Below are positions 35,475-48,719 of a stretch of 64,000 nucleotides of DNA, piece by piece. The stretch is taken from NCBI RefSeq assembly GCF_019393635.1, contig NC_057863.1, positions 490,648,948 through 490,712,947 of the forward strand, given 5' to 3'. How positions within the stretch are numbered: position 1 is the stretch's first letter; each line of letters starts with the position of its first letter. The notes under the pieces were generated by a model. It did not search any database, was not told the origin of the DNA, and was given only the letters and a program-made list of their open reading frames with translations. The DNA comes from Dromiciops gliroides. Its lineage: Eukaryota. A program made the position numbers and the translations under genes.

Positions 35475-36656
35475 GTAAGATTTTATGAAAACTATGATTT
35501 TCTTAAAAGTCTGAATCCCTGTCCATCTGCTGAAGAAAAGTGAGGGCTAATTACCATATTTATTTCTATCATCTCTCCTGCTATAATTGTCAGCAATAGC
35601 TCATTAAAGATTTGAGGAAAGAAAGAGTAGAGGTATCTCTGAGAATAAAGAATTAAGTGCTATGCACAGCTCTAACTCTTCTTAATGAAAACTGAAAAAG
35701 ATTCTTGGTGATGGTAAAAACAATGTTATTGCAACTTAAGAGGTGTAATTTATCAAATTAGAGGTCTAGTCTTCCATCCAAATCAGGAATACTATCTATC
35801 TATAATATCTCTAATAAGTAATCATATAACCTCTTAGCCTTCAGGATAGGAAGTTTAACACTTAATAAGGTTCCCCACCCCCAACTTATGTTTCAAAGCT
35901 CCTTTAACTTTTATGTATTTGTTCTAATTCTGTTGTAGCTATCTAGAATAAGTCTACTCCTCTCTCACCTTTTATAAAACAACACTTAAAACATTTTAAG
36001 ACATGTATAAACCTAAGATGAGGTATCAGAGTATGAGTTTATATGATATTCTACCTGAATTCATAATATGGTAGGTTCTACACTGGGAAAACTTTGAGTG
36101 TGGTCTTGGCAAAACAAACTACTTTCTGAAGACATGGAGCAGCTCAGCACCAGTAGGTTGGCCAGTTGGTTATATAATTCTTTGGTCCTAGCCCTCCACA
36201 AAACAAATACAAAATGGCCTTTAGTCCTTTGTAAATCCCTTCTGCTTCTGCATTGATGGTGTGGGAACAGGGGACTGAGGGTGCTAATCAGAAAACATTT
36301 ATTAAGCACCTACTATGTGCCAAGCTCTCTGCTGGCTCTGGGAATTTGAAGAAAAATGTAACAGTCCCTATCCTCTTAGGATCTTAGAAGTTGGCACTCC
36401 TTTATATGAAATCCTTTTTCTAATGACTAACAGCCAAGCATGACTAATGGAGAAACTGAACTGTATCAATCTTGACATTCTTTACAACAAAGCAGAAAAA
36501 AGGAAGTTGCAGTGAAGTAGAAGAATGGCTGATTAATTTTTCTTACAGTGATGGCACAGTTGGTTTTATCCTGTACCCAAAGAACAAGGAAGACCATTGC
36601 TTCAAATATCTGATTATCTTGTATGGCAATGCTTATTCCTAGTATCAGAAGAAAGA

Positions 36657-36786
36657 GGGGGCAGCTAGGTGGCACAGTGGATAAAGCACTGGCCCTGGAT
36701 TCATGAGGACCTGAGTTCAAATCCGGCCTCAGACAGTTGACACTTTGGGCAAGTCACTTAACCCTCACTGCCCCGCCCCTCCCAAT
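36657..36786 (+). mobile_element. Mar1-like SINE with a roughly 10-bp TSD
   Basis: TSD AGAAGAAAGA(G) at 36646-36656 and 36787-36797. Confidence 0.85.
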
Positions 36787-39248
36787 AGAAGAAAGAATGC
36801 CATAAAGAAATTGTGATGTATTTATACCATTGTCTGTTCCAGATGATGAAATGGTAGAGAAATAATACAAAAACTCAGAGCCTCCAAATTTAATCAATAT
36901 ATTTTGTGATTTCAATTCCAAGACAAGGAATAGCTAGAAGGAAGAAAAGTAATATAGCTCTAGAAAATCTCTGGTTTATTCTGTGTTTTGATCAAAGCCT
37001 TACACAGAGTAAGGTCCTGTGCTGACATTTCATAAACATTTTTTTTTCAAGAGAAGAACTGCTGCATGAAGAACATAATCACCACATATCACAAAAAATT
37101 AAATTAATTTCATTTTAACAGACAGGATATGACATTTTCATTGCTGATACAGCTGTGTACAGCTCAGAACACTAAATAAAATTCATGTTAGCTCTAGAAG
37201 AATAGAAATGGGGGGAGAAGTCATGCAATTGAAATAACTCAATCCTGACCAAGTCAGTCAATTTTTGGATGATAAAAAATTAATAATGGAAGGATGAAAC
37301 TTTAGTAATTTCACACAGATGTGTTACTGATAGAGATACAAAGACACCAAATGAGCCTCAAATGCCTTTATTAGCAAACAGTTAACTTACTTTCCAGACT
37401 GAGAGGAATATTACCTTGTTTTGTAAAGTTTTAAGAAGAATGGTAGAAGATTGAGTATTACTGAGTAGAAAGAAACAGTAGAATCAGTAAGAGATCCTAC
37501 TAAGGAAAGTCATCTAAGGGTGAAATTAGAATAGTGTAAAGGTAAAAAAAAGAGCTGCAAACGTTTTTATATCAAGCTTTCCTCACCATCAAGAATGGCA
37601 AAGTGACAGCTGGATTAGCGCTAACATACAACAAGGAGATGTGCTGAAGATGACAAATGGGGATTGATTCATAAGATGTAACTAAGATGATGAAGATTCT
37701 GAAGGCATGAAAAAGTTCTCAGATCTCATTCGACAGCTCAAATCCCACCTTCTGCATAAGGCCTTTTCTGATCCTTCCCCCTACCTTCCTTTTGAGATTG
37801 CCTCTTAATTTATGCTGTGTATATCTTGTATATACACAGTTGTTTCCATGTTGTCTCCCTCAGGAGAAATAAGAATTTCTTGAGGACAGGGGCTGTCTTT
37901 TTGCCTTTGTATCCTTAGCATAGTGGCACATAGGAAAGGCTTAAATATTTGACTATCTGACTTTGTTAATATTAGAAAAAAAATCACATCTTGATTACAC
38001 AACTAAAAAATGAATGATTGTGGATTTTAAAAGAAAATTGATTTAGTAGAGCAAAAATGCCAACTTAAAAGGTCCCTTCCAAAAAGTTGTATTTTGTTCA
38101 TACATAAAATTATTAATGATTCCTCAAAACATATAACAAATGAGAGAACACTGTTTAATTCTTTAATTGTCAATATCAGAAAAACATAAAAGATATATGC
38201 TTGCTACAGACATGCACCACTGTGATGGAAAACCAGCAAAGACTCAAATTTTGAAGGACTTCCTTTGGATGGGAAGGTCCCCCAGATGCCGATTTGTAGA
38301 TTAAGGTTGTGTGATTGCATCAAACCTTGGACCATAACAGTGCCTTCTGAAAGAGAACCATAATCATTCAAGTATTTGGGCTAACTATATACCCAAGAAA
38401 CACAAAGTGAAGAGGTTTTCCTCCTAGCTTTTGACATAGTTGGATGGATAACCTAAAGAATTTATGTTCTACCATGAATTATTGAGAATTACAGAATAAA
38501 TATTGATCAGTGAGTTTAGCCCATGATTAAAAAGGGGAAGAAACCAGAGGTGGGAAAAAGTGTATAGCTTTTCTAATGAGGATCCTCTGTAAATTTTAAC
38601 CATGTTTTAGTACAAAACACTAAAATCTCTTAAGACTTAAAAAAATGAGGTCTCACATAGAGAACAATGAAGTACATAATGGGTGTTAGCATACTAAAAA
38701 TGTCTTCAAATTAGAGTAAATGAAAGATATGTTGTCCATATTAAAAGCAAATTCATATAACAAATAGATGTTCACTTCAAGAAATAAAGTTTCCTCGCCT
38801 ATGTTGTTCCCCAATATATTTCTCTTCCCTAACCCTCCCAGAGTGCCACTCTTTCCTTATAGGAACAACAAAACAAAAAACCACTGTTTTTCCAAACTAT
38901 AATCCATTGGAAGTGTAAGTTTATATGCAATGTTTCACAGTTGTAGTTCCATGCCTTTTAAAATATTTTATCTTAGTCTAAGCTTGGTCATTGTAATTTC
39001 ATTGCATTCATTTAAAAAATTTTTTTTTCTGGTTTTGCTTACTGTACTTTGCATCAGTTCCTGAGGTTGCCTCAATTATAATCATTCTGCTTCTACCAGT
39101 TTGAAAATTATCTTTGATCTTGTATCCCCTCCAACCTAATTCTCTCTTCTTTCCAATCTTAACTAAAATTATGTGAATAAAAATTGACTTCCATAAGCAG
39201 AGAAAGACATCCTTTTACTTAAACATATTTTTAAGATGAAGTGCTTAT

Positions 39249-39958
39249 TGTGCATACCCTTTGACCCAGCAATACCACTATTAGATCTTTTTCCTAAAGA
39301 GATTATAAAAAAGGGAAAAGGACCCACATGTACAAAATTATTTATAGCTGCTCTTTTTGTGGTGGCAAGGAATTGGAAATTGAGGGGTTGCCCATCAATT
39401 GGGGAATGGCTGAACAATTTGTGGTATATGAATGTAATGGAATACTATTGTGCTGTAAGAAATTATGAGCAGGCAGATTTCAGAGAAACCTGAAGGACTT
39501 GCATGAACTGATGATTAGTGAGATGAGCAGAACCAGGAGAACATTGTACACAGTATCAACAACATTGTGTTGATCAACTGTGATAGACTTTATTCTTCTC
39601 AGCAATACAATGGTCCAAGATAATTCCAAAGGACTCATGATGGAAAATGCTTTCCAAATCCAGAAAAAAAAGAACTATTGAATCTGGATGCAGATGGAAC
39701 CATACTATTTCTATTTTTTGTTGTTTTTCTTTTGAGATTTCTCCTTTTTGCTCTGATTCTTCTCTCATAACATAACAAATGCAGAAATATGTTTAATATG
39801 ATTGTACATATATAAACTATATCAGATTACTTGCTGTGTTGGGGAGGAAGGGAGAAAAATTTGAAACTAGAAATCTTATAAAAACAAATGTTGAAAACTA
39901 TCTCTAAATGTAACTGGAAAATAATAAAATATTTTATGGAAAAAAAAAGATGAAGTGC
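39249..39958 (+). mobile_element. 5'-truncated L1 (ORF2 C-terminus plus 3'UTR plus polyA) with a 15-bp TSD, intronic
   Basis: Supplied ORF 39236-39493 is the L1 ORF2 C-terminus (...FIAALFVVARNWKLRGCPSIGEWLNNLWYMNVMEYYCAVRN). A10 tail. TSD AGATGAAGTGCTTAT at 39234-39248 and 39959-39973. Confidence 0.85.
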
Positions 39959-40343
39959 TTATGAGGTTGTAGGGGAGCAAGTAGGGGAAGAACTGCTTGA
40001 CCATGTAGTCTAGATAAAGCAAGTGGCAGTCTCAAGTCATAACTAATAAACATCTAGGTGTACCATGATGGCCGCCGCCTCCCCCCCCCCCCCGCTTTAG
40101 GAGGTGAGGGGAAAAGAAAAACAAAATCTTTGTAGTACATAAACAAATCCATTCTGACATTGTCTGTGTACAAAAAATGTATTTCTCAATCTGTACCTCT
40201 TCTATCAAGTGCACGTTTTATCATGATAACCTATGTAAATTTACTGTTTCAAGAGATTCAGGAGGTAAAACAAATAGGAAGGAGTATTTTAAAAAACAAA
40301 AATGGGAAATGATTACACAGCTTCCTTTTCATAGTTTCTGTAT

Positions 40344-40408
40344 TTTTTTTTTTTTTTTGCAGGGCAATGGGGGTTAAGTGACCTGCCCAGGGTCACACAG
40401 CTAGTAGT
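40344..40408 (-). mobile_element. Severely truncated Mar1-like SINE (tail + core) with a 13-bp TSD
   Basis: TSD TAGTTTCTGTATT on both sides. Confidence 0.75.
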
Positions 40409-41138
40409 TTCTGTATTATTAAACAAGAAATATGGCATAGCCAAACATATATAGTTCTAGATATAAAACAGAAAACCATGTACTCTTAGGAACATTACAA
40501 CCCTTTATTGTGCATGATAGCCAGGAACCAAACCTTCTGTTCCCCCTCAGGTACCATGGGCTTTCCAGGGTCAAGGCAGCCCAAGGCAGATGCTAGATTC
40601 ATTTCAGTCTGGCCTTCAAGGGTAGCAGACCACAGATCACTATGGAGAATGAGGGAAAGTAGTTGGGAATTGTGAGTCATAGACATTTCGAATTACAAGG
40701 GCCCTCAGAAGTAATCTGGTCCAACCTATAAATGAAAAGACAATCTCCACAACATTCCTTAAGACCTTTTAGCGATTGAAAACTAACTCATTACCTTTTG
40801 GGCCCCTCTCATTACTATTTTGGACAGCTCTGGAAATGGGAAATAACCTGAACCATGTGGTCTAGTGTTGACACTTTTTCGATATTAGAAGATCCAAGTT
40901 TATATAATAGTTTTGTCAGTTACTATCTATATGCTCATAAAATCATTTGGACTTTAGATTTTTAATTTGTTACATAAGAGATTGTATGATAGCTCTGAGG
41001 CCATTTCCAGCTCCAGGTCTTATGATCAGAGAATGAGAATTTCAACAGGTGTTTTTATAATTTCAGAATTAGAATATTGCCATGATCATCTGTACATGGA
41101 ATAAAATCTGCCTTTATCTTTTTTTTTTGTTTGTTTAG

Positions 41139-41279
41139 GTTGAAAAAGTTTTAAAAAGTGGGTGCCATGTTATTTTATTTCCAAATGGAACTCGGAAAGA
41201 AGTGAGTTCAGATGGAAAAACTATCATCATTACTTTTTTCAATGGGGACGTGAAAAAAGTCATGCCAGATGAAAGAGTG
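41139..41279 (+). CDS. CENPJ: CENPJ G-box/TCP10 C-terminal domain exon ([47 protein letters not shown])
   Basis: Acceptor ttgtttag|GTTG and donor GAGTG|gtatgt. 47 codons. Confidence 0.9.
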
Positions 41280-41413
41280 GTATGTTTCCATAGATGTTTT
41301 CTATCTCTTTATATGTAATACATACACACACCTCATATAGATGTTTGTGTAGATGTATATGTTTTTATATCTGTGTGCATACACAGACCCCACACACAGT
41401 ACTAGCAAAATAA

Positions 41414-41575
<162 letters not shown>

Positions 41576-41672
41576 TAATTCAAGTTCATGTTATACTTTA
41601 TATAGATACTATACTATATATACACACTATGTATGTGTATATTTATATGTGTGTATATATTTTTTTCACCAG

Positions 41673-41793
41673 AAAAGCATTTTCCAGATGGAAGAAAAGA
41701 AATTACATTTCCTGACCAGTCCATTAAAAATTTATTTGAAGACGGGAGAGAAGAGAGCATTTTCCCAGATGGTACCATTGTTCGAGTACAACA
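41673..41793 (+). CDS. CENPJ: CENPJ G-box exon ([40 protein letters not shown])
   Basis: Acceptor ttttttcaccag|AAAAG and donor CAACA|gtaaga. Phase 1 to 2. Contains the repeated FPDG motifs of the G-box. Confidence 0.85.
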
Positions 41794-42833
41794 GTAAGAC
41801 TTGCTTAAATCCAGTAGTAGTTTTAAATAATATACTCTGGCTTTTCTTATACACAATTTCATTCCCGTCCCATCTACAACAGATTTGTAAATCTATTTTC
41901 TGTGTGTCAGATGTTGACTGGGTTAAGATATATTGCAAATATCAGACAGCACCTTTACCCTAACAGACTTAGAGCTAGCTGACAGTCTAATTGAAAAAAA
42001 CTACATATATATCATATCCCATGATCCAAATAAATTTTCTGTGTAACAGTGCACAAAAGCATCATATGACTGTAGAAGGCAATGATAAACTCCTATCACT
42101 GCTTCCGGATAATACTGTCATTTAGTCAGATATTAGATAAGGGAGGCTTAAAGGTAGGTAAGTCAGCCTAGGAAGAGGAGGTTTGTATGTATGACAGGAT
42201 GACCTAACAGTTGGCATGATTAGAATCTGATGTGATAAATGATAGGCATTATTGTAGTTTTATAGTAGGTATAGACTAGGTAGATACAGAAATGTCATGA
42301 AGATCATGGTAGGTGCATGTGGTAATAATGAAAGTGTGAGATTAGAAGAGAGGTCTGGACAGAGATGATCAAAACTGAAAGGTCAGTTCCTACAGTTAAA
42401 AAAAAAATTATTAAGTAGGTGTGGGAAATAAAGGGCACAGCCATTTTAAGGCTTGAGCCTAGTAAAACCAGGGAGCTTGTGAAGGAGATATGGTAAATAA
42501 GCTTAGTTTAACATTTTGAATTTCAGCAGGGCATCAAGCACAGAGGCAAAAGGAGCTTTGTAACATTAGGGGTAGAGCTGAATATTAGGAAATTATCCAC
42601 ACCTTGTAATTCAAACAGTGAAGATAGATGCATGCAAGGTTTGTAAAGGGAAGAGAGGGCTGAATCTTGGCCTGGTTATTTGAGGGGGCAGGGGAATGGG
42701 AGGCAACCATCCACTGAAGACAAAGATGGAGAAGAAAAATTGAGAGCTAACACTGTTATTGGTTTGAGGTAGCAGCAGCTTCTATGTAACAGGAAGAGAA
42801 GTGTTACTAAATTCACAATTTTTTTTTAAACAG

Positions 42834-43026
42834 AGATGGCAACAAAATAATAGAATTTAACAATGGCCAAAGAGAACTTCATACTCCCCAGTTTAAGAGA
42901 CGAGAATATCCAGATGGCACCATTAAGACTGTATATTCCAATGGCCACCAAGAAACAAAGTATATCTCTGGTCGAGTAAGAATTAAAGATAAGGATGGTA
43001 ATGTTCTGATGGACACCAAGTTGTAG
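42834..43026 (+). CDS. CENPJ: CENPJ terminal coding exon ([64 protein letters not shown]), stop TAG at 43024-43026
   Basis: Acceptor tttaaacag|AGATGG. Open to the stop codon. Phase agrees with the previous exon. Confidence 0.9.
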
Positions 43027-43177
43027 CAGACTGTTTCTTAATCATGAAGTGATGTGGTGCTTTGACAGTGAAATTCCATCTTTAAAAAATGAATGTATAT
43101 TTCTGTAAATTCTATAGCAGCTTGTTAATTTGTACATAGTGTATAAAATGAAAAGTTTTGATGTTTCCTGTGTCTAA

Positions 43178-43183
43178 AATAAA
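43178..43183 (+). promoter_or_regulatory. CENPJ: AATAAA polyadenylation signal of CENPJ, about 150 nt after the stop codon
   Basis: AATAAA hexamer inside 'gtctaaaataaagttt'. The first SINE begins about 200 bp further on. Confidence 0.6.
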
Positions 43184-43390
43184 GTTTAAATTTGATAGCT
43201 TGTCCTACTTATGCTTTGATATTTTTGTAAAATGATTGATAATGATGACTAAGTAGAAGACAAAAAATACGACCATGAAAATTAAACCAGCTAGCAGAAG
43301 ATAAAATTTATAATTGACTTTTCCCCTTTAAATTAAAATTCTAAGGTTAGATTTTAAAAAGAGGCTTTGAAATAAGTATTGGTAGCACAC

Positions 43391-43532
43391 TTTTTTTTTT
43401 TTGGGTGGGGCAATGAGGGTTAAGTGACTTGCCCAGGGTCACATTGTTAGTGTCAAGTATCTGAGGCTGGATTTGAACTCGGGTCCTTCTGAATTCAGGC
43501 TGGTGTTTTATCCACTGTGCCACCTGCCTCCC
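43391..43532 (-). mobile_element. Mar1-like SINE (CENPJ/Tudor-gene intergenic region)
   Basis: T-tail then reverse SINE body. Confidence 0.85.
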
Positions 43533-43717
43533 ACACTGACTTTTAAGACACAATGATGACAGTACATATATTTAAAAAGATTAAATAATTAGGTAGAAGT
43601 CAGTTTCTGGGTAAACTGCAAGCACGTAGAATAGGGTTGAGAGTAACGAGTTTTTTATTTTTATTTTAGAAAGTATAGAACAATGAAGAAAATCAAGAGC
43701 TAAAAAATTAGGCTATT

Positions 43718-43873
43718 GGGGCAGCTAGATGGCGCAGTGGTAAAGCACCGGCCCTAGATTCAGGAGTACCTGAGTTCAAATCCGGCCTCAGACACTTGAC
43801 ACTTAGTCGCTGTGTGACCCTGAGCAAGTCACTTAACCCTCATTGCCCTGCAAAAAAACAAAAAACAACAACA
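43718..43873 (+). mobile_element. Mar1-like SINE with a 13-bp TSD
   Basis: TSD AAATTAGGCTATT at 43704-43716 and 43874-43886. Confidence 0.9.
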
Positions 43874-44109
43874 AATTAGGCTATTTATAAGGAATTAATC
43901 TGACTAGGAGTGAAGTCTCATAGGCTGAAGACTGCTATGAAATAAATAGAAGAATATTTTTTAAAATGTTGAGTCCGAGTCTGTCTTGTATCTTTTAAGT
44001 CAAACGTGGGGATAATCTAACATGTATTGTCAGATAATTACTTTTTTTTACATTGCTTCAAACTTAAAGTGCTTTCCTAATAACATGTTTGGAGGTAGTA
44101 CAACTTTTA

Positions 44110-44220
44110 TGACGATTTTACAGGTAAGAAACCTAGGGCTGAAGGTTTAAGTGATTTGCCCATGGTCACATAATTTTTAAATTGAAATTTTAACTCGGGT
44201 CTCTTGGCATCCTTCATTTC
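44110..44220 (-). repeat. MIR fragment
   Basis: ttacaggtaagaaacctagggctgaaggtttaagtgatttgcccatggtcacata. Confidence 0.6.
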
Positions 44221-44237
44221 CTTAAAAGTGAAGCCAG

Positions 44238-44391
44238 GGGGGGCAGCTAGGTGGTACAGTGGATAGAGCACCCACTGGCCCTGGAATCAGGAGTACCTGA
44301 GTTCAAATCCGGCCTCAGACACTTGACACTTATTAGCTGTGTGACCCTGGGCAAGTCACTTAACCCCAGTTGCCTCACTTAAAAAAAAAAA
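44238..44391 (+). mobile_element. Mar1-like SINE with a roughly 16-bp TSD
   Basis: TSD AAAAGTGAAGCCAGGG. Confidence 0.9.
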
Positions 44392-44873
44392 GTGAAGCCA
44401 GGGCCTTTCATCATGGATGCCTATTCCAGTGCCCTTCATGCAATAGGCATTAAAATGCTTATTGGATTAGATTTCTACTACATCACTCCACACTTTAGAG
44501 GAACCATTTTCAAACACAGAGAAAAGATAAGTCAGGGGTAGAAAATCTAAATGGCAAGCCTGAGAAGGGCTACTAGGGATAGAAAACTCCCAGTCGAAGA
44601 CACTCCCTTCTTGCCCAGGCAGGTTGGCACTAAACTATAGCCTTAGGAAAGATGTTTCGAATAACACTGAGAGGTTACATGACTTTCCCCGTGTCAAAGC
44701 CACTCGTCAGAGGAACTTGAATCTGGTTCTAGCAAAGTACTTAAGAATCTTGCTCTTTATCCTGTTTTATTAATACCTTGAATGACAGAGTATTTCCAAC
44801 AGAGGACAATCTTTTTGTGATGGGACCACAAACCATGTCATACTAGTATTAAAATAATTAGATAAAAGTTTTA

Positions 44874-45020
44874 GGGGCAGCTAGATGGTGCAGTGGATAG
44901 AGCACTGGCCCTGGAGTCAGGAGTACCTGAGTTCAAATCCGGCCTCAGACACTTAACACTTACTAGCTGTGTGACCCTGGGCAAGTCACTTAACCCCAAT
45001 TGCCTCACTAAAAAAAAAAA
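44874..45020 (+). mobile_element. Mar1-like SINE with a 10-bp TSD
   Basis: TSD AAAAGTTTTA. A10 tail. Confidence 0.9.
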
Positions 45021-46541
45021 GTTTTAAGACCTTGTTTTAAGGGTAGGGATGATGGATATTTGGCTGTTTTTTGAGGGGGAGGGAGTAGGAAGAACAGAAA
45101 TAGGATCAATGGATAGATTGCAATTCAAAATAGGGGAAAAAGTCATAGCAGTAAGTACAATCCTAAAATAGAATAGCCTACCCCAGGAGGTAGTGAATGC
45201 TTCTTTATTTAAGCAATGCACATAACTATGGTGAATAAATGAGATGTTATTTCAATAGTTACTAAACTAAAGAAAAGTTACTTCACTTAACTGTTCATTT
45301 TGACTGATTTAGGAAAGCATGAACAAAAACTTCGACTTTTTATTTCTTTTTAAAAATTTTTTTTTATTTAAAATTTTTTTTCACTTTTTATTTTCCTAAC
45401 CAACATATGGCTAACATGTGACTAACAAGTGTTATGTATAACTTAAACTATGATGACTTCAAGTAGTTTCTGAAAGTTGACAATTAGCATTACATTTATT
45501 TAAACAAATGAGGGCCTACCATACCACAAGGAAGTTTTTTTAACACAAGATCTTATGTCAATATACATGCTGAAATAAAAATGATAATAAACCAGAAAAG
45601 TTTATGAACAATGACTCAAAATAAACATTTATTAAGTATATTCTTTAGTCATTTTAAAAAGAATTCCTAACAAATCCAACAGAGATGATGGCAGCATATG
45701 AAAATTATGTTGAAAAACAAAACAAATAATCCTGAACTACTCTAAATAGAACTAAAATGTTTCTTCTGGACTGCCACATGTGTTCATCATGTAATATAGA
45801 TACACCTGAAAAACAAAAGCTTTGGTATAATTATACATCTACATTTTAAAGTCTAATTTTGTGGATGTTTCTTGATCTAGATCTTTATATGACTAATTAC
45901 AAAACTCCACAAGATTATGTAAAGTACTTTAATGAAGCTTTGTGGATTAACCAGACTGAAATTAGTTTTTACTTTTAATGGCTAAGCATTATTTTTGTTA
46001 ATGCCCAATTTTTTTCCAAAGAAGAGAGTACAAAATGATTATTAACCTAACATTTTTGAAGTGTTGTAAATATCCAATCCAAATAGTTAAAAAATAAGAT
46101 TTTATTGTGTGTGTACACACCTGGATTTTCTCAAATGCTTATACCTGTCCAATTGCTTGCAAGACGGAAAAAACTCTTGATAAGGATGGAACCCTAGTTT
46201 CAAATCCTGTCTCTGAAATTACCTTAATGTGAACACAGCTAATTCTTTTAACCTCTCTGGGCCTATTTCCCAAATGATGACCTAGTGACGAACATTCATT
46301 CCTGTTATACTAAGTTCATACACAAACTGACGCAACTGGACAAGTCAATTACCTACATCTACACGATATATATGTACATGTGAAAACATGTACATATGTG
46401 TACACATGCATTATATACATGTATAATATAGTGCAATCAACTAAAATTTCTCAATATGATGACCAGTTTGTTCCCAGTAAATCCTACAGAAACTACCCTA
46501 AAGAGCTGCTGAAAGCTACTAGTACATGCCTCTCCTGGTTC

Positions 46542-46547
46542 TTTATT
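46542..46547 (-). promoter_or_regulatory. RNF17: Candidate AATAAA polyA signal (minus strand) about 270 nt after the Tudor-gene stop
   Basis: TTTATT on the + strand at 'ggttctttattggc'. First hexamer downstream of the stop on the - strand. Confidence 0.35.
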
Positions 46548-46815
46548 GGCTGTAAATATTCCAAGTAAAGTTATCTAGAAATGTGGGCACTCTTTGGTAC
46601 TGGTGCTATTCTCCCTTTCACAAGATAAAGGGAAGATAGGAAAGGCATCCAAGGGGAGATAAGACCATGCCTTATTTGGGGGAATTTCTCATTAAGCTTA
46701 CTTGCCATTTCTGTGAGGTAACAAGGGAAAATCATATGGTACATGGCATTGATGTCTGTTACTAATCATAAGTTGTGCTAGTTAAAAAGGTCAGAAAGCA
46801 GTATATATACTTACA

Positions 46816-46914
46816 TCATTCATCTAAATCCGCAAGTCCCATTTCTATCAATGACATATGAACTGGATATTGTTCATCTTCATATAAAGTCACTATATAT
46901 TCTGGTGACTGAGT
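46816..46914 (-). CDS. RNF17: Terminal coding exon of a Tudor-domain gene ([32 protein letters not shown]); probable RNF17 C-terminus
   Basis: Minus-strand acceptor tatattttag|ACTCAG. Phase-0 entry matches the upstream exon. Shows the canonical eTudor C-terminal pattern (V.L.D....SLIEMGLA). TGA stop at 46818-46816. Confidence 0.6.
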   Translation of the reverse strand, partial: TQSPEYIVTLYEDEQYPVHMSLIEMGLADLDE

Positions 46915-47454
46915 CTAAAATATAAGTAAAATTTTTCAAACAAGTTCACCAAGTTCACCCCTTCCTCTTTATTCTATCCTAAGCTATTCAGTATGTACAC
47001 AATGGACTTGACCCATTTTTATCAATTTCCATTCTTTAAACACTCAAGCTAAATCCTGCCTCACTCACAAAGCCTTTTTGGACAGAATCAACACTGATGC
47101 CATCATTCTGTATGTATGTTACTATAAGACTATAAGTAATGCCTTATGTGATAATCTCTATGTGTATACTTATATGTGTGTATAAATGACATATATACAT
47201 ACATATAAGTGTACATGTATAAATATTCATATACATTTATATCCAGATACCCGATTTAAATTATCTTTGAAAAGCTCTATCCTTAACAAGCCTATTTTGT
47301 ACTCCAGAGGAAGTCACAGCTCTCACATACACAGTGGAAACAAACACTTGCTGAACATTAGGTTTAAAGCAAACCAGTTTCCCCCTGCCATATCTCCTAA
47401 ATTTTATGTTTCAGAGGAACTAAGGAACATTTACTTTAAAAGCAGAGGGGCAGG

Positions 47455-47627
47455 GGCAGCTAGGTGGCGCAGTGGATAGAGCACCGGCCCTGGAGTCAGG
47501 ACGACCTGAGTTCAAATCTGGCCTCAGACACTTAACACTTACTAGCTGTGTGACCCTGGGCAAGTCACTTAACCCCAATTGCCTCACTTAAAACAAAACA
47601 AAAACAAAACCAAAACCAAACAAAAAA
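47455..47627 (+). mobile_element. Mar1-like SINE, first of a head-to-tail pair
   Basis: Long (CAAAA/CCAAAA)n tail. TSD AAAGCAGAGG is shared with the start of the next SINE. Confidence 0.9.
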
Positions 47628-47633
47628 AGCAGA

Positions 47634-47787
47634 GGGGCAGCTAGGTGGTGCAGTGGATAGAGCACTGGCCCTGGATTCAGGAGGACCTGAGTTTAAATCC
47701 AGCCTCAGATACTTAATAATTACTAGCTGTGTGACCCTGGGCAAGTCACTTAACCCCAACTGCCTCACCATCCCCACCAAAAAAAAG
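47634..47787 (+). mobile_element. Mar1-like SINE, second of the pair
   Basis: GGGGCAGCTAGGTGGTGCAGTGGATAGAGCAC... Confidence 0.9.
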
Positions 47788-48247
47788 CAAACAGGTTATT
47801 TTTATTTGGGATTTCTGATACTGATTTTTGTCTTAACAAGATTTCAAAATTAATGTGGACTCGTAATACTTAAAAATGAATTCCAAGTCTGGATAACTGA
47901 AACAACGTCAATGTCATATAACTTCTAATAAACTTTAAAATTAAATCTCTAGATCAATATGTTCTCAAGTGCTATATTAGTGGTATCAAATTCAGACAGT
48001 AAAGGATCCCTGTGATCTGTATATTGACTCACCACAAATGACATTATCTATGTTATAATGTATTTTTATTTATTTTGTCAAACACTTCCCAATTGCATTT
48101 AAATCTGGCCCAGCTATGGGAGTTCAACACTTCTGTCCTATGTAATTATGAAATAGGCAACTAAGATAAGATTATTTAGTGATAACCAAATTTCCATGAA
48201 AAATTCTGAACTCTTAAGTATTCCTGCTAATTAAAATAAAAATTTAC

Positions 48248-48437
48248 CAATGAGGAAGCATAAAGCTGTTTTCCTTGAAGACAGTCTATCATAGCCCACA
48301 TGGCTTCCATGCTCCACTTGGGGCAATATGGAATTCTTGTCTTTTCTGAATCTTTTAATGGAGGTTTAAATCCAGCCAAAAGGACTTTCACAGCCCGGGC
48401 AGGATATTTCATAAGGTGGATAGGAATTTGACGCAGT
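48248..48437 (-). CDS. RNF17: eTudor exon ([63 protein letters not shown])
   Basis: Minus-strand acceptor ttctgttttag|A and donor CATTG|gtaaat. Phase 2 to 0. SN-like C-terminal half of an extended Tudor domain. Confidence 0.7.
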
Positions 48438-48583
48438 CTAAAACAGAAGAAACATTACAACATACATCATGTAATGATTTTTAATACTTTAAAATTATGA
48501 ACAACTCATAGATATTCTTGGAGAAAGGAAGGAATAGGATATCCTTAACAGATTACTGCTAAACATAATGATGTTGAATTCAC

Positions 48584-48719
48584 CTGCTTGTTGGCAATTT
48601 TTCAGTTGATCCATAATCAACAAACTGTACCAGGATTGCAAGAGGATCAAATTCTTTGATGGAAAGAATCTTTGCTCGATACCATAAACCATCATTATAT
48701 TCTGCAAGACAAGGCATTT
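48584..48719 (-). CDS. RNF17: Tudor core exon ([46 protein letters not shown])
   Basis: Minus-strand acceptor ccctctctag|AAATGCC and donor AAGCAG|gtgaat. Phase 1 to 2. Textbook Tudor core motifs C.AEY.DG.WYRA and FVDYG. Confidence 0.8.
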
